Of a stretch of 64,000 bases of DNA, positions 1-12,464 are shown piece by piece. Both the position numbers and the translations under genes were made by a program. Origin of the DNA: Eledone cirrhosa (taxonomy: Eukaryota); assembly GCA_964016885.1 (NCBI GenBank), contig OZ024751.1:37448001-37512000 (forward strand), written 5' to 3'. A model generated the notes under the pieces. That model saw nothing but the letters and a program-made list of their open reading frames with translations, did no database searches and had not been told where the DNA came from. Position 1 is the first letter of the stretch; the number at the start of each line of letters is the position of its first letter.

Positions 1-708
1 CATGCTCTTGGTTGAGTTTTCAAATGAATCTAATGAATTGTATTTGCAGATAAATCAATATTTATTTGTTATGCTGCATCAGCAGAAATGGCATTGCATG
101 GATATCAGGCAGAAATTATAAGTACATTGCATCTCCTCAAACAAAAGCTCCTATGCATATGCTTATACGTGTATATAACAAACAGGCTTCTAACTACGTA
201 TACATAAACACACACGCATACATATATACAAGTGTGTATCTACGACAATGTATGATTCTGCACACACATACATATTATATACATACTATATAAATAAATA
301 TAAATATATATATACCGAGAGAGAGAGAGAGAAAAAAGATAGAGAAGAGAGAGAGGGAAAAGTGAGAGAGAGAGGGTTTGAGAGAGACGAATATATGCAT
401 GTGTATAGATATATATATATATATACATACACACATAAATATATGTATATATACATATTTATATATACAAATACACATAAACACGCAAATTTATACACTC
501 ACATTTTATGTGTATATATATATATCCACACGCATATCTGATTCTTGTGTATATGCATGTGTATATGTGGTCGTACTGCACTTATTCCCTGTTTGAAATA
601 CATGTAATGCTACAATGTTTCTATACCGGAGGGTTTGTCAGCCACCTTTGTTACTGACCGATCTTAGACATTTTATCGACACGAGAATCCACTCAACACC
701 CCCATCCC

Positions 709-780
<72 letters not shown>

Positions 781-1031
781 ATTTTGTGTACATGTACGCC
801 ATTATTATTTGGACGTTTATACAAGACTGATTACGCGTTCTATAGTTCTGTAAATTCATAGTGAATAATGCTATATACACACAGTAGAAAATCGGTCAAA
901 TTCAGTTGGTCAATTCAAGTCACGTATGCAAATGTGTTGCTGGCCGAAGGAAAGAGGATGTCGCAGTTGGGTATAGATACATATTAGTTCCAAATCTTTA
1001 CTTCTGAAGTAAACGGATTCAGTACAATGGT

Positions 1032-1276
1032 TCTTCTACTTCTTTTCGTATCTTCGAAGCATATGCTTATATGACAGTTTCTCATTTCTTTACACAGTAC
1101 TTTGCATTACTATTAAATTCTGCGAGATCTTTTAAGCTGCACTGGTTGGGTAGTAGAGGGCAAACAAGGCAGTGGTGCATCGTATGGTCCTCCTATCTGC
1201 ATTCGCAGATGGTTGGGCCGGTCTTGTAGCCCCATCTGGCCATAGCAGCTTTTGATCACCCCATTCCTGTTCTCAG
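1032..1276 (-). mobile_element. 3' end of a decayed Vingi/Ingi-like non-LTR retrotransposon (C-terminal CCHC-type knuckle plus tail)
   Basis: Minus-strand translation LRTGMG*SKAAMARWGYKTGPTICECR*EDHTMHHCLVCPLLPNQCSLKDLAEFNSNAKYCVKK*ETVI*, then a GATACGAAAAGAAGTAGAAG tail. Matches the RLRTG..KWG..CECG..TM.H..CP pattern I recall for Vingi/Ingi ORF ends. In-frame stops indicate decay. Confidence 0.7.
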
Positions 1277-1722
1277 GAATGTACAATGGTTAAATACGAT
1301 GTTTATTAATATGAATCGGTGAGTTTCTAGTATTCAGCTATATTGAATATATTCGGCAGGGACCTAGGCAACACTGTGTTTAGTGGTCAGGTCTTTATTC
1401 ATAATATATCGTCTGGCCGTCCAGACATTTAATGTACGATTGTGAAACCATGAAAAACTTTGGTGAGAATATCTGTATGAGTGTTGAATATATATATATA
1501 TAAATTAATAAAAATAATTAATAAAAACAAAGAAACAGTTCCTTATATTAAAAAATTCATCATTTTACGATCGTTTCTAGGTTATATATGCGTGTGCTGG
1601 TATGTATATTATATAGATCTATGTAACATTTTTACAAACTATCAGAGGGAATATACATACCTACACATATATATGCTGCCTTCAGATTGGACGGATTGGA
1701 CACTACCGTATTTTTTGGTGGG

Positions 1723-1766
<44 letters not shown>

Positions 1767-2167
1767 ATATCTATAGATATATATATGTGTATGTGTATAT
1801 ATATATGTGTGTGTATATATATATATATATGTATACGTATATATATGTATATATATATGTATATATATGTATATATATATGTATATATATGTATATATAT
1901 ATATATATATGTCTATATATGTGTATATATATATATATATGAGAAAACAGGGAGAAAGAGACGATTATTAGGAAGAAAAATATATTTTTTTCCTTTTTTA
2001 TTTCTCTCTCATTTTTTCTGGGTTATGTTATAGATAGAGAAGTAGATATATAGTGGAAGAAATAGGTAAATATGTAGGTTATGGGTGGGTAGACTGATAA
2101 ATGTTAGATAATGCAACTTTAATCTCTGCTAACAAATGCACATCTTATATCTAAAGTTGTGTGTATG

Positions 2168-2251
<84 letters not shown>

Positions 2252-2413
2252 TAGGTAAATATACACGGGTGTGTATGATTGTGTATCGAAGATTATATTA
2301 ATAAGAGGAATTCCAACTTTGTCTGATTTACTCGTTTTATTTACAATCCTTTAAAATTTATAATGGTATTATAATGAAATAGTATGATAGAATATTAAAT
2401 TCTAAGTGTTAAT

Positions 2414-2452
2414 TGCACAAGTACTTTCATGCTTTCGCAATCTTCAGGTTCA
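2414..2452 (-). ncRNA. Opposite-arm copy of the same hammerhead (one stem I mismatch)
   Basis: Reverse complement of 2553-2591 with GTGCA in place of GTTCA. Confidence 0.7.
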
Positions 2453-2552
2453 TAATATGTGGTGACAGTCAAGTGTGCAATTTTCAACTGTGTTGAAAAA
2501 AACAGAAAAAAACACAGTTGAAAATTGCAAACTTGACTGTCACCACATATTA

Positions 2553-2591
2553 TGAACCTGAAGATTGCGAAAGCATGAAAGTACTTGTTCA
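2553..2591 (+). ncRNA. Minimal type I hammerhead ribozyme
   Basis: TGAAC CTGAAGA TTGC-GAAA-GCAT GAAA G-TA-CTT^GTTCA. Stem I is TGAAC/GTTCA, stem II has a GAAA tetraloop, and stem III lies in the palindrome AAGTACTT. Confidence 0.8.
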
Positions 2592-2763
2592 ATTAACACT
2601 TAGAATTTAATATTCTATCATACTATTTCATTATAATACCATTATAAATTTTAAAGGATTGTAAATAAAACGAGTAAATCAGACAAAGTTAGAATTCCTC
2701 TTATTAATATATATATACATATATATATATGATTGTGTGTTCATATCATACACTCAAACAATA

Positions 2764-2794
<31 letters not shown>

Positions 2795-2824
2795 AATCCA
2801 AATTCAATAAACAGACCAGGATTT

Positions 2825-2884
2825 TTTCATTCTGATGATTGAAAGCAACATTTTTTGCTTTTAAGAAACCACTGGTAAATGGAA
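2825..2884 (+). ncRNA. Minimal type I hammerhead ribozyme (family B)
   Basis: TTCATT CTGATGA TTGAAAGCAA-catttt-TTGCTTTTAA GAAAC-CACTG-GTA^AATGGA. The element continues about 30 nt and then enters (TA)n at ~2915. Confidence 0.85.
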
Positions 2885-2909
2885 TAATTGCCTTATGTTG
2901 TTTATTACA

Positions 2910-2970
<61 letters not shown>

Positions 2971-4730
2971 GTGTGTGTATGTATGTGTGTGTGTGGTTAC
3001 ATGATTATATATGGGCTGATAAATATAACGTGTATGTGCATACATTTATGTCTGCGGTTAATCTCGTTTGTGTAATGTTAATTTTAGACTGACAATCATG
3101 TCATGGTGACCTCAAATATAATAAATGCCACAGATAAGCTCTACCTCTCTCTCTCTCTCTGTAACTCTACCTTTCTTTCTCTCTCTGTAACTACCTCTCT
3201 CTCTCTCTCACACACACAGACCCACACATATACATAAAGACAGTCACACACATATATATATACACAGATAATGTCACACACACGCAAAGACACACATATG
3301 CAGGTTTACGCAATCAAACACGAACAAACGCAATTATGAATATCTAATTCTCTTTTGTAAGTTACCGCACTGACATCAGTTATCTGATTCCGTTAGAACA
3401 CCTATGTTACTAGATTAACGTTTCTCCTGTGTATGATATATCATTATAGTTGCATTTATAAAGGCTTTTGTTCCCCACGTTTCTCACCATCTCCCTTTAT
3501 TTTCCTTTTCTACCTTATCCCTTTTATGCTGTCTCAACTATGTACATCTGAATGAGGGCTTTCATCTAGACTCTAGATGTATCTAAACCATCTCTCTCAT
3601 GGTAATATCATAACGTTATCAAGTGGTGTTACATCGACCATATTTCTAATGCTCTCTTTTGTCAAATAATCTTCCAACGTGATTTCTAATCTTCTTACGC
3701 AATGTGTTGTATTTAAACGTTGAATGTTTAGTGTCAGATGCAAAGGTATTGTGTCAAGGTCGAACCGTCGTTCATAAAGTAATATTAAACTCTTTTGTTC
3801 CAAGGCACAATGAGACTTCGTTTAGATCACAGCAAAACTGTCACTTGATATGCTTTTTAAAATTCTTTTTATGAAATTGAACCGAAATGAACCACAGGAT
3901 GCACTCAAAATTTCTAAGCAAGGAAATCTCTATACTTGAAGAGTTCATAAACAGAATTCCCTTGTTTCATTCTCTAATTAATCTATACGATAGTCCGTTT
4001 CATTGCATAACATCTCCAGCTCAATATTTTCTTAATCATATGTTCAATCACCAACACATGTTCGGGAAATAAATTAAAAACTCTTCATTTCAAAGGTGCA
4101 GTGATAATTCCTCCTAACGTGACTCGTGTCAAGGTTCTTTACTGAAGTTTTGACATTATGCTACCAAGAAATAATTGGCAATGCTAGATATATATATATA
4201 TTATTTTTCGCTGGACCACGAGACAACATGGGCCAAGGGTTCTGCATAAACAATATATATTTGTGGTAGCAATGTTCATTGCCTGTGTATTATAGTCGAT
4301 TTTATAAGTAATTTTTGTTTAATAAATCTACTATTATCATTTCTGTGAACAGTATGATGCGGGATTAGTCTTCCAAAAAATCTTTCTACAATTTTCAAAC
4401 CAATTCCTTTCCTGCAAAGAATACACCCTAGGTATGTACATATTTGTTTAGTGGTTCTTTATGATGTCTCAGGCTAACTAAAAATTCAGAAATTACCAAA
4501 ATATATTAACTATTTCTGTCGTAGAACATGTAATAACCAAAATACTTTTCTTCCCATCGTTTAGTAAGCTGATTTATGATTATCTTATATGAATGCCGTA
4601 AAACTACTCCCAGAGAATAGAAGAAAATTGTTCGTGTATGTAGGGATTCATAAACGAAAGGGAACAAAGATAAATATATACCCCAGAGTATTGATATTGG
4701 AAAATATTTCAAGATTAAATCTATTTAATA

Positions 4731-4825
4731 ATTGTTTCTACTTTAGGCACAAGGCCAGCAATTATCCCAGTGTATTACTGGTACTTTATTTTATCGACCC
4801 CGTAAGGATGAAAGGCAAAGTCAAT
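4731..4825 (-). mobile_element. tRNA-derived SINE, 3' half
   Basis: TTGTTTCTACTTTAGGCACAAGGCCAGCAATT...GGTACTTTATTTTATCGACCCCGTAAGGATGAAAGGCAAAGT, shared with more than 10 copies in the window. Confidence 0.85.
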
Positions 4826-5403
4826 CTATTTAATAATAATACATAGATTTAACTAAGGCAACATTGAATATCTCAATAGCTAGGGATAGATATTATGTTT
4901 TGTCTAATTCCTTTGCAGTTTGAAGAATCCCTTTACACACGAATCATTTCATTTTCTGTCGATCTGACTGTATCCATGTATACAAACATAGCATAGAGAG
5001 AACACACACAAAGAACACACACGAAGACAAACACACACACACAGACGAAGACACACATATGCACACACACACAAAATAAATGTTATATGTATAGTACAAG
5101 TTGTGTTTCGTTCGGTTAGATAGGCATACATACATGTGTGACCATGGTGTGATATGTTAGATAACTGAGGATGTGGGTCCTTATATTTCTACGTGTCTGT
5201 GAGATTTTAAGACAGAAAACATGCAAGATAGATCGAGATAGATAGATCGATAAATAGATGGATAAATAGATAGATAAAAAGTGAGGGATAGAGAGGGAAG
5301 AGAGAAATAGAGGAACAGAAACTAAGATAGAACGGTAGTTTCTCTGCATAACTCAATGCAATAGATGATGATGATCATGATGATAATGATGATGATAATA
5401 ATA

Positions 5404-5732
5404 ATTGTTTCTACTTTTGGCACAAGGCCAGCAATAATCCAGTGTATTACTGGTACTTTATTTTATTGAGCTGTAAGGATGAACTCAGAATGGCAAGGGC
5501 TGTAACTCTATACGTCAAAGCATGTTGTCCGACCTTCTACCGATACTGATGGTTTCTTATAAAGGCATAAGGCCAGCAATTTTGGAGAGGGGAAAGTCGA
5601 TTAAATCGACCCAAGTACATTGCTGGTACTTTATTTTATCGACCAGATAAGGATGAAAGGCAAAGTTAACCTCGGCGGGATTTGAACTCAGAATGGCAAG
5701 GGCGTTAACATTAATAATAAACATATGCGTTA

Positions 5733-5764
<32 letters not shown>

Positions 5765-5950
5765 TGTTTCTACTATTGGCACTAGGCCAGCAATTATCCC
5801 AGTGCATTACTGGTACTTTATATTATCGACCCCGTAAGGATGAAAGAAAGTGAGCCTCGGCGAGATTTGAACTCACACCATAAAGGGGTGTAACTCTATG
5901 CTGCGAAGCATGGCGTCCGACCTTCTACTGATACTGCCAATCCGCCGCCC
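5404..5950 (-). mobile_element. Cluster of three same-orientation SINE copies (5404-5548 internally deleted, 5551-5705, 5763-5950 full length)
   Basis: Repeated GGCACAAGGCCAGCAA / GGATGAAAGGCAAAG / GGATTTGAACTCAG (B-box complement) blocks, with (TAA)n tails. Confidence 0.85.
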
Positions 5951-5954
5951 TAAC

Positions 5955-5995
<41 letters not shown>

Positions 5996-6560
5996 TAATA
6001 AAAATAATAATCAAAATCAATTTTTGCTAAGTTTACAATTACTGCATCCGATGTATAATCCTAGAGATGCGCCCTCTACATACAGCTGCATAGCCTGCTG
6101 CAGTTGCCATTGCTATTCTACTCTAGGTTATTACAACGAAAATATATATTGTGGTATATGTTGTTGTTGTTGTTGGATCAGACATCGATTTCGTTGTTAT
6201 TCTTGTTATTGTTGTTGTTAGAGTAGTAATAGAGATCAATGTTTTTTTTATTATTTTCTATGTTGTGTTGTTTTTTTGCTGTTACTATTACTGTAATGCA
6301 TGTTGTTTTGGGAACAGTGATGGCAGCGGTTGTTGTTGTTGTTGCAGTTCTGAGGTATTTTTTTTACTGTTGTTACTGTGCAGTGGTGCATGAGCAGTTA
6401 GGTGTAGTAATATCTAGTCAAATATCCGTTGGGTGTACTTGATTTTCTCGATAACAGTTGCACCTGCCGAGATAATGCAATGTAATACAACTAATATGCT
6501 CTAGATACCTATATAAATGTTGCTTTCACTAACGAAGTTACAAATGCGTTTACTTTAACG

Positions 6561-6609
<49 letters not shown>

Positions 6610-7094
6610 CGTGTGTGGGAGGATGTAGTAGTGTATGTTTACACATATATACATACATGTATTTGAATCAACATTCTTGTAACGGTGTTAGATATAGATG
6701 GAATTCTCAAATTCCTACATCAATACATCTCTCTCTCTCTCACTCTCTCTCTCTCACTCTCTCTCTCTCTCTTTCTCTCTCTCACATATATATTATATAT
6801 GAGAAGAAACGTATAAAGGCATTAAGACGAATGGAGATACCGATAAAAAAATTACAAGATAAATAAGGTACAGATCATCATCAGCTGTCTTTCGTACATC
6901 ACCGGAGTTTCGTATATATATAAGACAAGACTGTTTGTCTAATGACGAGCAATAATGTTAAAGCTAGTCTAATTCTGCTTGAAAATGGATAAAAATACTT
7001 AGAGACTGGAGAAAAGGGCGCATAATGAAAAACAAAAAGTAAAATGCTCTTGGGTGAAAAACGAAACCGTTGAATAAGGAACGAAGTAAAAATA

Positions 7095-7295
7095 CCGTTT
7101 GACAGATTTTACAAAAGAAAATCCAACTGGCAGTGGACTAAGAGGTAGACCACAAGTTTGAGTTATAGCCGTGAGCGTAGTTTGTCTCGCTTGGCGATCC
7201 TACCGGATCAATTGGAGACGGTTGTTTCTAATAGGATCCACTAGAATGCATGTTTCAGGACACTGACACACACGATCATCTCAGGAACAAGTGAA
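7095..7295 (+). mobile_element. Decayed RTE-clade LINE 3' end
   Basis: Aligns by eye with 19090-19300 and 36505-36712 (GACAGATTTTAC..AACTGGCAG..CTCGCTTGG.GATCC..CGGATC). Confidence 0.6.
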
Positions 7296-8095
7296 GAATA
7301 TCACAACTGCCATTTAGTTAAAAAAAAGGTGCCAAACGAAAACTAATAGTAGTCTTTTACACAGGGTTTCATATTTGTTTTTGTTGTGTATCTCCTCCAA
7401 GCCACGAAGAGATTTTTTTAAAGGCATTCTACCCAAGATCTCCCCATCTTTTAAATAGACAAAATAAATTACATCCCATTATCAAACACATCGTTTTTCA
7501 ATGATAATATTGAGTGATATGAGGGAGAGTTGCCAAATATTTCAAGCATGTCAAAACAATACTGTGTTATAGAAGTTTGAAACAATCCTATCTTTCTGGA
7601 TGAAACAAGTGTATCACACGGAATCCCATCCTCTCCCGCAAATACACACAAAATAAATTGTAGCTCTTTCATAAAGATAAAATACAACAATAGTACGAAT
7701 ACGATGGATTTATTTAAATAATATAAAATGGTTATCTGAAGTTAATCAGGAGCCATCAAGATATTACTGTGTCCGATTCGCTACTTCATACCGTCTTGGT
7801 ATCTTCTCGCAACATGACGCATCTGAACACTTCTTAATTGAGAAACAAACAGCTAACCAATATCACTAGAGTGATACTTTCATTTTCAAAGTGATAATTA
7901 AAATGCCGAGTCTCCAGTGCAATTGAAATGGCAAATAAGTCTGCGACTACCGTCTGTTATAATACTGGTTGTAATTCTTTCAAAATATGGTGGCTAGGAT
8001 GGAGAGTATTTGGACAGAATGCTGAGCTATGTGATCAGGTTCAGTAAATGAATCTCAGTAAATAAGCTACGTTTGATGATGACAATAGTTAACTT

Positions 8096-8169
<74 letters not shown>

Positions 8170-8356
8170 AGTACAGCATATTCGAAGTTCGATCAGCAGC
8201 TAAGCCAACGAATGCCTTCAGCAGTACAGCCAAGCACTCGACAAGGAATAGACCTCAGAGTATTACATACAGTTTGAAAATAGCGCCCGCTAATTCAACC
8301 GCGTGATCTGTAGCAACGAAAGAACTGACTCGTGAGAAAAGGAAATACACACACAT

Positions 8357-8387
<31 letters not shown>

Positions 8388-8440
8388 CATATAAAAATAT
8401 ACATACATACATATATGCACATATCTGTATATATATATAT

Positions 8441-8514
<74 letters not shown>

Positions 8515-8543
8515 AAATATACATACATACATATATGCACATA

Positions 8544-8586
<43 letters not shown>

Positions 8587-8596
8587 AAGCTTCCTA

Positions 8597-8633
<37 letters not shown>

Positions 8634-8699
8634 AAACTTACTATATTTATATATCTATATATATCTATATATATATATATATATATATATAGTAAAGCT

Positions 8700-8733
<34 letters not shown>

Positions 8734-8799
8734 ATATATATATATATATATATATATAGTAAATCTTACTATATTTATATATATATATATAGTAAAGCT

Positions 8800-8873
<74 letters not shown>

Positions 8874-8911
8874 AATCTTACTATATTTATATATATATAT
8901 ATAGTAAAGCT

Positions 8912-8997
<86 letters not shown>

Positions 8998-9039
8998 AAT
9001 CTTACTATATTTATATATAAATATATATATTGACTTGAA

Positions 9040-9108
9040 TTAGGATTTGAACTGAGAGATACAGATCTCCTGACTCGGCGCTTTAACAACACTAGCAGCC
9101 CACCGTCT
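9040..9108 (-). mobile_element. Diverged tRNA-like SINE head
   Basis: Minus strand reads GGTGGGCTGCTAGTGTTGTTAAAGCG...GTTCAAATCC, with A-box/B-box-like spacing. Confidence 0.45.
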
Positions 9109-9539
9109 GTTATGATTAATTAAGACATCGAGGCCAGCCAATATTGAATGTCTATAATTGCGTTAAAATGCAGAGGTGGATAATAGCGAGGTTTTTATCG
9201 TGTAAAATGTGGAAACAATGACCTAGAATCCTTTACAATTGCCTCGGATCGACCAAAACATTGTGAGTACAATTGGCGAGACGGAAACTGCCTAGCTAAC
9301 TCACTTTTGTTGCATATAACTTGCTGACGTATTAGGGACGTTTTTTACTATGCAAACTGTGTAAACAGTGACCTAATTCTATTATTATTGCTTATGTTGG
9401 TGTTAGTCCAGTACACCCGACATTCACCTGTCTGCCTACCTAGCTGACTGGTGCGACCAGTGAATTGTTCACAAAGCAATACCAACCATTCACGAAACCA
9501 ATAATTTATTCTCTCCCTACCCCATCTCTCTCTCTCTCT

Positions 9540-9540
<1 letters not shown>

Positions 9541-9573
<33 letters not shown>

Positions 9574-9600
9574 TGTATATATATATATATATATATATAA

Positions 9601-9679
<79 letters not shown>

Positions 9680-9734
9680 AATATGTATATATATATATAT
9701 ATATATATAAATATGTATATATATATATATATAA

Positions 9735-9765
<31 letters not shown>

Positions 9766-9822
9766 CATAAATATATATATATATATATATACATAAATAT
9801 GTATATATATATATATATATAA

Positions 9823-9861
<39 letters not shown>

Positions 9862-10584
9862 TGTATATATATATATATATAAATAAATATGTATATATAT
9901 ATATATATATATAAATAAATATGTATATATATATATTTAAATAAATATGTATATATATATATATATAAATAAATATGTATATATATATATAAATAAATAT
10001 GTATAATATATATATATATAAATAAATATGTATATATATATATAAATATGTATATATATATAAATAAATATGTATATATATATAAATAAATATGTATATA
10101 TATATATAAATATGTATATATATATAAATATGTATATATATATATATAAATAAATATGTATATATATATATATAAATAAATATGTATATATATATATATA
10201 AATAAATATGTATATATATATATATATAAATAAATATGTATATATATATATAAATAAATATGTATATATATATATAAATAAATATGTATATATATATATA
10301 TAAATAAATATGTATATATATATAAATAAATATGTATATATATATATAAATAAATTTGTATATATATATATATAAATAAATATGTATATATATATATAAA
10401 TAAATATGTATATATATAAATAAATATGTATATATATATATATAAATATGTATATATATATATATATATATAAATATGTATATATATATATATAAATATG
10501 TATATATATATATAAATATGTATATATATATATAAATATGTATATATATATATAAATATGTATATATATATATATATAAATATG

Positions 10585-10620
<36 letters not shown>

Positions 10621-10844
10621 AATATGTATATATATATATATAAATATGTATATATATATATATATAAATATGTATATATATATATATAAATATGTATATA
10701 TATATATAAATATGTATATATATATATATATAAATATGTATATATATATATATATATAAATATGTATATATATATATATATAAATATGTATATATATATA
10801 TATATATATATAAATATGTATATATATATATAAATATGTATATA

Positions 10845-10912
<68 letters not shown>
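9541..10912. repeat. Compound satellite of (TA)n interrupted by AAATAAATATG/AAATATG units
   Basis: Directly visible ~18-26 bp units with a variable TA count. Confidence 0.95.
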
Positions 10913-11500
10913 ATTATTTGTTGCTTTATTAAATGGGAGAGAGAAAAAAAATTTAATCTAAAATAACCGGAACACTTGCTAAATCGAAAGGAAATTAATG
11001 ACTATTTATAGTAGTAGGCATGATACAGGATTAATGTAGATGATGATGGTGATAATGGTGGTAGTGATGGTGGTGGTGGTAGTGATGGTGGTGGCTGTAA
11101 TGATGGTGATGATGAAGGTAATAATGATCGTTGTAATGATGATGAAGACGGTGACTATGTGAGAGGTTGTGGTGATTATGATGATTATAAAAATCATCAT
11201 AGGAATCTACATCATGCGTAACACTAATGTCATCATCATCATCATCATCATCTTGTTTAACACAATATAATTATTTGATAGTGATGGTGATGGTGGTAGC
11301 CATGTTGATAATGATGATGATGTTAATGGCTAGATTTCATGTGGTTCATTGATTGAAGGATGAAATAAAGGGAAAAGAATAAGAAATTAAATATCGTTGG
11401 GGTGGTGGTGGGGGTTAATAAACAAACGAATTGAGAACATCAGAGAAAAAACTTATTAAATAACATATACATACAGACACACACATACATTATATATATT

Positions 11501-11685
11501 AGGGTGGTGAATTGGCAGTATCGATAGAGGGTTGGACGCCATGCTTTCTAGCATAGTTACATCCCTTTACGGTCTGAGTTCAAATCCCGTCAAGGTTAAC
11601 TTTGCCTTTCATCCTTATGGGGTCGATAAAATAAAGTACCAGTAATGTACTGGGTGATTGCTGGCCTTGTGCCAAAAGTAGAAAC

Positions 11686-11689
<4 letters not shown>
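11501..11689 (+). mobile_element. Full-length tRNA-derived SINE
   Basis: Head GGGTGGTGAATTGGCAGTATCG, B-box GAGTTCAAATCCC, 3' end GGCCTTGTGCCAAAAGTAGAAACAATTA running into (TA)n. Confidence 0.9.
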
Positions 11690-11758
<69 letters not shown>

Positions 11759-11764
11759 CGTATA

Positions 11765-11797
<33 letters not shown>

Positions 11798-11928
11798 ATA
11801 TATATATATATAATATATAATATATAAACATTTTATATATATGATATATATATAAATAATCATATACATATATATATAAATAAATAATTATATAAATAAT
11901 TATATAATACATATATATACATACATAC

Positions 11929-11984
<56 letters not shown>

Positions 11985-12146
11985 AATACAATAATAGTAA
12001 CGGGTGAATAACTAAATTAATAGAAATAATAAATAGATGTGAACATTATAAATTAATTAGAAATGAATATGAAAATAAAGATGATAGAAATGATATAAAA
12101 TATTAAAACAATACAATACATATAAAAATAATAAAAGACAATTAGA

Positions 12147-12177
<31 letters not shown>

Positions 12178-12464
12178 CCACTCTCTCACAATCATGTCAC
12201 TCATCTTTCTCCGAGTCTCCTCTCTCTCCCTGCTGTCACTCAGCTCTACCTCTCTCCTTTTCCTGCTTCCACCCAACTCTCTCTCTGCCTGCTTTCACTC
12301 AACACTCTCTCACTCTCTTGCAGGCTCTCGTCCCTCTCTCTCTCTTGCTACTCATCTCTCTCTCTCTCTGCTTCTATCCTCTCCCTCTCTCCCCCTCACT
12401 CACCTCTCTCACTCTCTCTGTCTAGTCTTTCCCCTCCTTCAACTCTCCATTCTCTGACCAGTGA

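Larger units (their letters stand above)
2294..2711. mobile_element. Fold-back hairpin element (Penelope pLTR/retrozyme-like) with ~200 bp arms and a 16 nt loop
   Basis: 2294-2494 is the reverse complement of 2511-2711 with few mismatches. The loop is GAAAAAAACAGAAAAA. (TA)n lies on both sides, and each arm contains a hammerhead. Confidence 0.85.

Noticed and set aside
11501-11590. tRNA gene
   Set aside because: A/B-box-like motifs are present, but there is no cloverleaf and the sequence continues into a multi-copy SINE body.
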